DNA of 64,000 nt from Candidatus Eisenbacteria bacterium RBG_16_71_46 (GTDB lineage Bacteria; Eisenbacteria; RBG-16-71-46). The translations under genes were made by a program, and so were the position numbers. How positions within the stretch are numbered: position 1 is the first letter of the stretch; the number at the start of each line of letters is the position of its first letter. Location: the NCBI GenBank assembly GCA_001780165.1, contig MFFQ01000026.1, positions 10,113 through 74,112 of the forward strand. The letters are read 5' to 3'. Shown here one piece after another: positions 1-7,555 of this stretch. Under the pieces are notes generated by a model. The model saw nothing but the letters and a program-made list of their open reading frames with translations. It searched no databases and had not been told where the DNA came from.

Positions 1-798
1 CTCGTGGTGGACAACGGCTCGACCGACGGTTCGGTGGAGGCACTGCGGGCGGCATTTCCGGCCGCCGAGATCCTGGCGCTTTCCGAGAACCGGCGCTTCG
101 CCGGCGGCAACAACGCCGGGCTCGAGCGCGCACTCGCGGCCGGCGCCGACGCGGTGATGCTGCTCAACAACGACACCGAGGCCGATCCCGGGCTCTACGA
201 GCGGCTGGTGCTGGCGCTCGAACAAGACCCGCGCGCGGGGGCGGCGGCGCCGCTCATCTACTTCGCCCCGCCCTCGGACCGCATCTGGTACGCCGGCGGC
301 CGCTGCGTGCCCGCGCTCGGGCTCGCCGCGCACCGCGGCCTGCGCACGCGCGACCGCGGCCAGCACCGCGCGGTCGAGCCCACCGGCTACCTCACCGGCT
401 GCTGCCTGCTCGCCACGCGCGAGGCGTGGGAGCGCGTGGGGATGCTGGACGAGCGCTACGTCATCTACGCCGAGGACGCCGACTGGAGCCTGCGCGCGCG
501 CGCTGCCGGCTACCGGTTGCTGTTCGTGCCCACCGCGCGCCTGTGGCACAAGGTGTCCTCCAGCGCGGGCGAGGCCAGCGCGTGGAAGATCTACCAGCGC
601 CTGCGCGCCAACCTCACGCTCTTCGCCCTCCATGCGCGCGGCATCGGCCGGTTCACCTGGCTGCCGGCGTTCCTGCTCCAGCAGGCCGCACTCGCCGCCT
701 GGCTGCTCGCGCGCGGCCGCGCCGCCGCCGCCGCCGCGATCCCGCGCGCGCTGTGGGACGCGGCACGCGGACGCCCCGCGGCCGAGGTGCGGGGATGA
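1..798 (+). CDS. Glycosyltransferase family 2, 5'-truncated by the window edge.
   Basis: ORF 4..798 shows a GT2 fold (VVDNGSTDGS, DxD-like EDAD). The frame is open to nt 1, so the true start is upstream of the window. Confidence 0.8.
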   Translation, partial: LVVDNGSTDGSVEALRAAFPAAEILALSENRRFAGGNNAGLERALAAGADAVMLLNNDTEADPGLYERLVLALEQDPRAGAAAPLIYFAPPSDRIWYAGGRCVPALGLAAHRGLRTRDRGQHRAVEPTGYLTGCCLLATREAWERVGMLDERYVIYAEDADWSLRARAAGYRLLFVPTARLWHKVSSSAGEASAWKIYQRLRANLTLFALHARGIGRFTWLPAFLLQQAALAAWLLARGRAAAAAAIPRALWDAARGRPAAEVRG

Positions 799-847
799 GG
801 CTTGGCACCCGGATCGCGCTGTGGGCGCCGCGCGGGCGGAAGGCGCC

Positions 848-1678
848 GTGAGCACGCCAACCCCCTGGGCGCGCAAGCCCGAGCGCGGGCCCGATCAGCC
901 GCCGCTCTTCCTGCGCGAGTTGATCGCGGCCGCGCCCTCCGGCGCGCGCGTGCTCGACGCGGGCTGCGGCCCGGGCTCCTGGCCCTACCCGGAGCGGACC
1001 GATCTCCGCATCACCGCCTTCGACGTCAAGTTCCCGCCCGGACCCCCGCCGCGCGCCGCGCACGTGGCCGCCTTCCGCGGCGACTTGGCATGGCTGCCGC
1101 TCAGGGCGGAGAGCTTCGACCTCACGGTGTGCCACTACGTGCTCGAGCACGTCGAGGCACTGGCGCCGTGCTGCGACGAGTTGGCGCGGGTGACCCGCCC
1201 CGGGGGCACGCTCTACCTCGCCGTGCCGCGCTCGGCCTCGTTCGACGACCGGCTCTACCGCTTCGCCGGACTGTTCGCCAAGTACGCGCTGCTCAAGCTC
1301 GGCAAGCGGCTCGAGCACCAGCAGCGCTTCGACCTCCAGAAATCGCTCGACCTGTTCTACGCGCGGGGCATGACCCTCGAGGCCTACGCGTGCGTGCCCG
1401 CCGGGTTCTCGTGGATGAACGACCCGCGCACCAAGCCCTGGCAGGGGGGCTTCACCCGCGTTCTCGCCTGGATCCACCGCGCGCTGGGGCTCGACCTCGC
1501 GCGCGACGCCAACTTCGTCCTGGCGCTGCGTAAGACGGGCACGCGCGGCGTGCGCCGGGTGAGCCACGTCTGCCGTGCCTGCGGCGAGCACGCCGTTCTC
1601 GATCCGCCGGCGCCCTCGCCCACGGCATGGACCTGTCCCTGGTGCGGGGCCGAGAATCCCCTCGGGAGGCCGCGGTGA
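848..1678 (+). CDS. Class I SAM-dependent methyltransferase.
   Basis: Motif I reads VLDAGCGPGS, and an acidic/hydrophobic motif follows. The C-terminus has a CxxC...CxxC zinc ribbon. GTG at 848 is the first in-frame start after the upstream gene stop at 798. Confidence 0.7.
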   Translation: MSTPTPWARKPERGPDQPPLFLRELIAAAPSGARVLDAGCGPGSWPYPERTDLRITAFDVKFPPGPPPRAAHVAAFRGDLAWLPLRAESFDLTVCHYVLEHVEALAPCCDELARVTRPGGTLYLAVPRSASFDDRLYRFAGLFAKYALLKLGKRLEHQQRFDLQKSLDLFYARGMTLEAYACVPAGFSWMNDPRTKPWQGGFTRVLAWIHRALGLDLARDANFVLALRKTGTRGVRRVSHVCRACGEHAVLDPPAPSPTAWTCPWCGAENPLGRPR

Positions 1679-2697
1679 GGGTGCTGCACGCCCCGGCCGA
1701 GATCGCCGGGCAGGCCTCGACCCTGGCACGCGCGCTGCGCGGGCTCGGGGTCGAGGCGCATTCGCTCGCCTACAACCCGGGCTTCCCCCAGTACCAGCCC
1801 GACGAGATGCGCCCCTACGACGCGTGGCCGCCGCTACCGCGCTACGCCGGCTACCTGGCGGGCACGCTGCGCCACCTCGCGCGCTACGACGTCTACCACT
1901 TCCATTTCGGACGCACGCTCATCCCGCCGCACAACGTCGACCTGCCGCTCTACCACGCGCTGGGGCGCCGGGTGGTCTTCCACTACCACGGCTGCGACGT
2001 GCGCGACCGCGCCCACATGCTCGCCAGCCACGCGCGCGCGACCTGCACCGAGTGCGATCCGTTCTGCCGTCCCGCGCGCCAGAAGACCATCCTCGCGAGC
2101 GCGCGCCGCTGGGCCGACGCCGAGCTGGTGTCCACGCCCGACCTGCTCGAGAGCGCGCCGCGGGCGCAGCACCTGCCGGTCGCGGTGGACCTGGCGCTCT
2201 ATCCGTTCACGACGGCGCGGGCGGAGCCCCGGCTCGTGCTCCACGCACCCACCAACCGCCTCATCAAGGGCACGCGCTACGTCGAGGCGGCCTTCGAGCG
2301 GCTGCGGCCGCGGTTCCCCGGCGTGCGTTTTCTCACCGTCGAAGGGCTGCCGTGGAGCGGGCTGCGCGAGCTGATGGCGGACGCCGACGTGGTGGTGGAC
2401 CAGCTCTTCATGGGCTGGTACGGCATGGTGGCGGTCGAGGCCATGGCGCTCGGAAAGCCGGTGCTGTGCTTCATCCGCGAGGATTTCGAGCCGCGGCTGC
2501 GCGACTGCCCGGTGGTGCGCTGCACGGTGGAGAACCTCGCCGCGCGCCTCGAGGCGGTGCTCGGCGACGCGTCGCGGCGGGCGCGCCTGGGCGAGCAGGG
2601 TCGCGCCTACGCCAAGCGCGAGCACGCGGCGGCGGCGGTGGCCGAGCGCCTGGTCGCCCTCTACCGCTCGTTCCCCGGGAGTGCGGCGCGTGCGTGA
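1675..2697 (+). CDS. Glycosyltransferase family 4 (group 1 GT).
   Basis: GT-B C-terminal domain with EAMALGKPV. The GTG start overlaps the upstream stop (GTGA), which suggests translational coupling. Confidence 0.75.
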   Translation: MRVLHAPAEIAGQASTLARALRGLGVEAHSLAYNPGFPQYQPDEMRPYDAWPPLPRYAGYLAGTLRHLARYDVYHFHFGRTLIPPHNVDLPLYHALGRRVVFHYHGCDVRDRAHMLASHARATCTECDPFCRPARQKTILASARRWADAELVSTPDLLESAPRAQHLPVAVDLALYPFTTARAEPRLVLHAPTNRLIKGTRYVEAAFERLRPRFPGVRFLTVEGLPWSGLRELMADADVVVDQLFMGWYGMVAVEAMALGKPVLCFIREDFEPRLRDCPVVRCTVENLAARLEAVLGDASRRARLGEQGRAYAKREHAAAAVAERLVALYRSFPGSAARA

Positions 2698-4174
2698 GGC
2701 GCTCGGGCACCTGCGCCGCGACGCGGTGATCTACGGCTTCGGCCAGGCGCTGGGCCGCGGCGTGCAGTTCCTGCTGGTGCCGATCTTCACCCGCGCGCTG
2801 CTCCCCGAGGTCTACGGGGTGGCCGACCTGGTGCTCGCCTATTCGCAATTCGTGGTGCTGGTGCTGGTGTTCGGCATGGACGGGGCGCTGGTGCGCTTCT
2901 TCTACCAGGAGCCCGACCGCGACGCGCGCCGCCGCATGGTGTCCACCTCGCTCGCCTGGCGGATCGGGAGCGGCGTGCTGTTCTCGCTGCTGTTCGTGGT
3001 GCTCAGCCGCTCGATGGCGGGCTCGCTCATCGGCTCCGAGGTCTACCGCAAGTACGTGACGATCGGCGCGCTCACGCTGCCGTTCTCGCTGCTGGTGCTG
3101 TTCTCCAACGACGTGCTGCGGGTGACGTTCCAGCCCTGGAAGTTCATCGCCCTCAATACCCTGCAGGCGGTGGTGACGGCCGCGCTGTCGTGGTGGCTGG
3201 TGGTGCCGCGCGACATCGGCGTGGCGGGGGTGCTCTACGGCAAGCTCGGCGGCGACGCGGTGGCGGCGCTGGCCGGACTGGCGCTCATCCGGCTCAACCT
3301 GACGCCGCGCCTGAGCCTCCGGGCGCTCGCCCGGATGCTCGCCTTCGGCTGGCCGTTGGTGCCCACCGCCTTCGCCTACGGTGTGATCTCCGCCGCCGAT
3401 CGCTTCTTCCTGCAACGCACGCGCAGCCTGGAGGAGGTCGGCGTCTACGCCGTGGCGGTCAAGTTCTTCTCGGCCGCCATGCTCGGGGTCTCGGCCTTCT
3501 CGCTCGCCTTCTTTCCCTTCGCCCACGCCCGGGCGCACGAGCCGGAGGCACCCCGGCTCTACGCGCGCGTGCTCGCGCTCTACGTCTCGCTCGGGAGCCT
3601 GGCCGCGATGCTGGTGGGGCTCTTCGCCCCCGAGGCGCTCGCCGTGCTGGTGCCGCCCGGCTACCGCGAGGCGGCGCGGCCGGCGCTGGTGCTCGGCTTT
3701 GCGGCGGTCGCCTACGGCGCTTACTATGTCGCCTGTCTCGGCGTGCAGCTGGCGCTCAAGACCCCGCACCTGATCTGGACCGCGCTGGCCGGCGCCGTGG
3801 TGGCGATCGGGGCCAACGTGGTGGCGACGCCACGGTACGGGGTCATGGGCGCGGCGGTGGCGACGCTGGCCGGCAACGTGGCGCTTGCGGTGCTCACCTA
3901 CGCGGTGTCGCAGCGCGTGTACCGGCTGCCGTATCGCGGTGCGAGGCTGGTGGCGCTGTACGCCGTCGCGGTGATCCTCGCCTGGCTGGGCCAGACGCTG
4001 GCGCCCGAGGGCGCCACGGGCGCGGCGATCAAGCTCGGTTTGGGCCTGCTGTTCGCGGTGCTGTGCGTGGCGGTGGGGATCTGGACCGAATGGGGGTCGG
4101 TGGGGAGCCCGGTCGGGGAGGGTGGGCCCCCCGGTCCGCCGGCGTCCAGGGCGATGGGCGGGCCCTCCGACTAG
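2681..4174 (+). CDS. Polysaccharide-unit flippase, Wzx-like (MOP/MATE superfamily).
   Basis: About 12 predicted TM helices. The N-terminus (GFGQALGRGVQFLLVPIFTRAL) matches the PST/Wzx family. Confidence 0.75.
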   Translation: MRRVREALGHLRRDAVIYGFGQALGRGVQFLLVPIFTRALLPEVYGVADLVLAYSQFVVLVLVFGMDGALVRFFYQEPDRDARRRMVSTSLAWRIGSGVLFSLLFVVLSRSMAGSLIGSEVYRKYVTIGALTLPFSLLVLFSNDVLRVTFQPWKFIALNTLQAVVTAALSWWLVVPRDIGVAGVLYGKLGGDAVAALAGLALIRLNLTPRLSLRALARMLAFGWPLVPTAFAYGVISAADRFFLQRTRSLEEVGVYAVAVKFFSAAMLGVSAFSLAFFPFAHARAHEPEAPRLYARVLALYVSLGSLAAMLVGLFAPEALAVLVPPGYREAARPALVLGFAAVAYGAYYVACLGVQLALKTPHLIWTALAGAVVAIGANVVATPRYGVMGAAVATLAGNVALAVLTYAVSQRVYRLPYRGARLVALYAVAVILAWLGQTLAPEGATGAAIKLGLGLLFAVLCVAVGIWTEWGSVGSPVGEGGPPGPPASRAMGGPSD

Positions 4175-4188
4175 AAAGGACGCTGGAG

Positions 4189-6243
4189 ATGTGCGGGATT
4201 GCGGGGATGCTCGATCGCGGAGGCCGCGCGGACCTCGGCCGGCTGCAGCGCATGTCCACGCTGTTGCGCCACCGCGGACCGGATGACGAGGGCATCGTGC
4301 TGCTCGACGCCCGCAGCGGCGCGTGGCTGACCCTGGGCGGGGCGGACACGCCCGCCGACGGCTACGCCAGTGCGGTGCGCTACGCCCCGGGGCGCCACGA
4401 CGGCGACATCGCGCGCGCCAGCTACGGGGTCGGGCTCGCGCACCGGCGATTGTCGATCGTGGACCTGAGCCCGTCCGGCCACCAGCCGATGAGTCGCGCC
4501 GACGGCCGCAGCTGGATCGTGTACAACGGAGAGATCTACAACCACGTCGAGCTGCGCGCCGAGCTCGAGGGGCTGGGCGAGCGATTCGTCAGCAGCAGCG
4601 ACACCGAGGTGATCCTCGCCGCGTACCGCCGTTTCGGGCGCGGCTGCCTGGCGCGGTTCAACGGCATGTTCGCCTTCGCGCTGTGGGACGGCGAGCGGCG
4701 CGAGCTGTTGTGCGCGCGCGACCGGCTGGGGATCAAGCCCTTCTACTACCAGTACGACGGCGAGCGTTTCGTCTTCGCCTCGGAGCCGCGCGCGCTGGTC
4801 CTCACCCAGCCGCGCCGCATCGCGCCGCGCCTCGAGGCGGTGCGCGATCTGGTGGCGCTCGACTGGGTGGACCACGAGGCGCACACCTTCTTCGAAGGGC
4901 TGTTCCAGCTGCCGGCGGGACACGCGCTCACCGTGGGGGAGCAGGGCTTCGCCGTCCACCGCTGGTGGGAGCTGGATCCCTCGGCCAGCGCGCCGGGCGA
5001 TCCCGAGGACTGGGACCGCGAGTTCGAGCGCCTGTTCACCGATGCCGTGCGGCTGCGGCTGCGCGCGGACGTCGAGGTCGGCTCCTGCCTGTCGGGCGGG
5101 CTGGACTCCACCGCGGTGGTGACCACCGCCGCGCGGCTGGCCACGCGGCCGCTCCACACCTTCACCTGCGCCTACGAAGAGGGTCCCGCCTTCGACGAGC
5201 GGCCTTACATGCGCGCCGCGGTCGAGGCCAGCCGCGCCGCCTCGCACGTGGTGATCCCGGACGGCGCGGACTTCTGGAGCGTCTTCGACCGGCTCGCCGA
5301 GCATCAGGCCGAGCCCACCGCCGGGCCGGGGCTCTACTCGCAGTGGAAGGTGATGGAGCTGGCGCACGAGGCCGGACTCAAGGTGCTGCTCGACGGCCAG
5401 GGCGGCGACGAGACCCTGGCCGGCTATCCCCGCTACCTGCCGCTGCGCCTGCGCGACCTGCTCGCCGGCGCGCGGCTGATCTCGTTCGCGCGCCTGTTCG
5501 GCCCGGTCGCCGCGCGACTCGGCGCCACCACCACCCTGGCACTCGCGCTGGAGCCCTGGCTGCCGCCCGCGGTCGTGGCGCCGCTGCGGCGGCGTTTCGG
5601 TCAAGGGAAGGACCGCGTGCTCTCCCCCACGCTGCGCGCGCTGGAGCGCGGTGCGTTGCCGCGGCCGCCGGGCGGCTTCCGCACCGCGGTCGCGCGACAG
5701 ATGGCGTTCGATGCCCGGCAGCGCCTGCTCCCCTCGCTGCTCCGCTACGAGGACCGCAACAGCATGGCGTTCTCGATCGAGACCCGGCTGCCGTTCCTGG
5801 ACTACCGCCTGGTCGAGTTCGCCTTCTCGCTCAGGGACGGCGTCAAGCTCGAAGGGGCGACGACCAAGGCGATCCTGCGCCGCGCACTCGGCGACCGCAT
5901 CCCGCGCGCGGTGCTCGAGCGCCAGGACAAGATGGGTTTCGAGACCCCCACCGACGTCTGGCTGCGCAGCCGCTTCGCCGGAGAGGTGCGCCGGCGATTG
6001 CTCACGCCGGGGCCGCTCCACGAGTGGCTGGATCCCAAGACGCTGGGCGCGGAGCTCGAGGACTACCTCGCCGACCGGCGCGCGATCGGGCTTCAGGTGT
6101 GGCGCTGGCTCTCGCTCGATGCCTGGGCGCGACGTTTCCTCGAACGCGACCCCCGGGTGGCCGAGCGCGCGCCCGAGATCCCCCTCCACGCGGGAAGGCA
6201 CCAGTCCTACGTCGAGGTGATGCGCGCGCTGCAGGGCGCCTAG
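4189..6243 (+). CDS. asnB: Asparagine synthase (glutamine-hydrolysing), AsnB family amidotransferase.
   Basis: The N-terminus is MCGIAG, the Ntn glutaminase motif. The central region has the PP-loop motif SGGLDS. GGAG lies 8 nt upstream of the ATG. The 3190..6243 track ORF is an N-terminally over-extended version of this gene. Confidence 0.85.
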   Translation: MCGIAGMLDRGGRADLGRLQRMSTLLRHRGPDDEGIVLLDARSGAWLTLGGADTPADGYASAVRYAPGRHDGDIARASYGVGLAHRRLSIVDLSPSGHQPMSRADGRSWIVYNGEIYNHVELRAELEGLGERFVSSSDTEVILAAYRRFGRGCLARFNGMFAFALWDGERRELLCARDRLGIKPFYYQYDGERFVFASEPRALVLTQPRRIAPRLEAVRDLVALDWVDHEAHTFFEGLFQLPAGHALTVGEQGFAVHRWWELDPSASAPGDPEDWDREFERLFTDAVRLRLRADVEVGSCLSGGLDSTAVVTTAARLATRPLHTFTCAYEEGPAFDERPYMRAAVEASRAASHVVIPDGADFWSVFDRLAEHQAEPTAGPGLYSQWKVMELAHEAGLKVLLDGQGGDETLAGYPRYLPLRLRDLLAGARLISFARLFGPVAARLGATTTLALALEPWLPPAVVAPLRRRFGQGKDRVLSPTLRALERGALPRPPGGFRTAVARQMAFDARQRLLPSLLRYEDRNSMAFSIETRLPFLDYRLVEFAFSLRDGVKLEGATTKAILRRALGDRIPRAVLERQDKMGFETPTDVWLRSRFAGEVRRRLLTPGPLHEWLDPKTLGAELEDYLADRRAIGLQVWRWLSLDAWARRFLERDPRVAERAPEIPLHAGRHQSYVEVMRALQGA

Positions 6244-6386
6244 GCTCCGTTTGAAAACGCCCGGGGGCAAGGCGTCGCGGTCGCGCGAGGACGACCGTGG
6301 CCGACCACGCTGCGCGTGGTGCCCGGCCACGTCGGAGCGAGGAGCCGACCGCGCAACGTAGCCCTCGGGCGTTTTCGAACGGAGCC
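6243..6386. repeat. Palindromic repeat element, family A, copy 1, in inverted orientation relative to copies 2 and 3.
   Basis: The terminal inverted repeats are AGGCTCCGTTTGAAAACGCCCG and its complement CGGGCGTTTTCGAACGGAGCCT. An internal hairpin reads CGTGGCCG...CGGCCACG. The conserved core GGGCAAGGCGTCGCG is shared with 40308-40454 and 56518-56647. Confidence 0.85.
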
Positions 6387-6388
6387 TC

Positions 6389-7516
6389 GTGGACCTGGTC
6401 GTCCTGTCGGAAGTGCGCTGGAGCTACTTCCGCACCCGCAAGCAGTTCCTGCTGTCGCGCTTCCCCGAGCGCTGGCGCGTCTTCTACGCCCAGCCCCCCG
6501 CGGCGGGGACGGACGACCCGTGGCGAGCGCGGCGCGAGGGGCGCGTCACCTACTTCACGGTGCCGTTTCTCAAGCCCGGCACCACCCAGCCGCTGTACAA
6601 CCGGCTGATGCGGGCCGGCGCGGCGCGCGCCACGGTCGAGCGCTGCGCCGAATCCTGGCTGCGCCTGATGCTGGCGCGGCTCGGGGTCGAGCCGCGACCG
6701 GTGGTGCTGGCGTCCAACATCTACTGCCCCGGAGCGCTTTCGCGGCTGCCCCGGAAGTTGTTATTCTACGACTTCAATGACAGCCCACTGCAGTTCGCCG
6801 GGGTGCCGGCCTGGGCCCCGGACTACTGGCGCCGCACCCGCGACCAGGTGGACGCGTTCTTCGTCGTGTCCGAGTACTACCGGCGCGAACTGAGCGCGCA
6901 GACGCGGAGGCCCGTGATCCTGCTCGGTAACGGCGTCGAGGTCGACCACTTCCAGGCCCCGCGGGCGGTTCCGCCCGAGTTGGCGTCCCTGCCGCGCCCG
7001 CTCATCGGTTACGTCGGCCTGCTCTCGCATTTCCTCGATTTCGAGACGCTCGAGGCCCTGCGCCAGGCGCGCCGCGGCGGCACGCTGGTCCTGGTCGGCC
7101 CCGGCACCCCGGCCACCGACGCCGCGGTGCGGGAGCTGGCCGGGCGCGAGGGGGTGGCGGTCCTGGGCCCCAGGCCCTATGCGGAGATCCCGGCCACCAT
7201 GCAGGCCCTGGACGTCGGGGTCATTCCTTTTCGGGCGAACGATCCCTTCGTGCAGGGTATCAATCCCAATAAGGTCTACCAGTACCTCGCCTCCGGCCTT
7301 CCCGTGGTAACCACCCCGGTGCTCGATCTCGAACCCCGCCCTCCGCACCTTCAGTTCGCCGCCGGGCCCGCCGCGATGCGGGCGGCGGTGGAGCGGGCGC
7401 TGGACGCACCGCCGGATCGCGCGGCCCGCGTGGCGCTGGCCCGCTCCCACGATTGGGGAGGGCTCGCGAGCCGGATGGTCGAGGAGATCGAGCGGCGGAT
7501 CCCCGCGGCCGGCTGA
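6389..7516 (+). CDS. Glycosyltransferase family 1/4 (TuaH-like).
   Basis: GT-B fold with GYVGLLSHFLDFE and VIPF...NPNKVYQYLASGLPVV. The GTG start is 2 nt after repeat copy 1. Confidence 0.7.
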   Translation: MDLVVLSEVRWSYFRTRKQFLLSRFPERWRVFYAQPPAAGTDDPWRARREGRVTYFTVPFLKPGTTQPLYNRLMRAGAARATVERCAESWLRLMLARLGVEPRPVVLASNIYCPGALSRLPRKLLFYDFNDSPLQFAGVPAWAPDYWRRTRDQVDAFFVVSEYYRRELSAQTRRPVILLGNGVEVDHFQAPRAVPPELASLPRPLIGYVGLLSHFLDFETLEALRQARRGGTLVLVGPGTPATDAAVRELAGREGVAVLGPRPYAEIPATMQALDVGVIPFRANDPFVQGINPNKVYQYLASGLPVVTTPVLDLEPRPPHLQFAAGPAAMRAAVERALDAPPDRAARVALARSHDWGGLASRMVEEIERRIPAAG

Positions 7517-7555
7517 CCGGCCGCCCACCCACCCCCTCCAACCCCGGAATCCTGC

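Noticed and set aside
3190-4188. N-terminal 333-aa extension of the AsnB ORF in the six-frame track (and similar extensions at 12690, 13013, 16059, 21595, 22959, 24880, 25482, 26513, 27628, 29172, 30863 and 37704).
   Set aside because: The extensions overlap the preceding conserved gene in another frame, are low-complexity, and the homologous N-termini begin at internal start codons with SD sequences or stop/start overlaps.
6316-6780. Conserved peptide GHVGA.SRPRN.A.GR.RTEP shared by ORFs 6316..6780 (+) and 40289..40573 (-).
   Set aside because: The similarity comes entirely from translating the family A repeat. The flanking ORF sequence is unrelated, and the third copy is not in an ORF.
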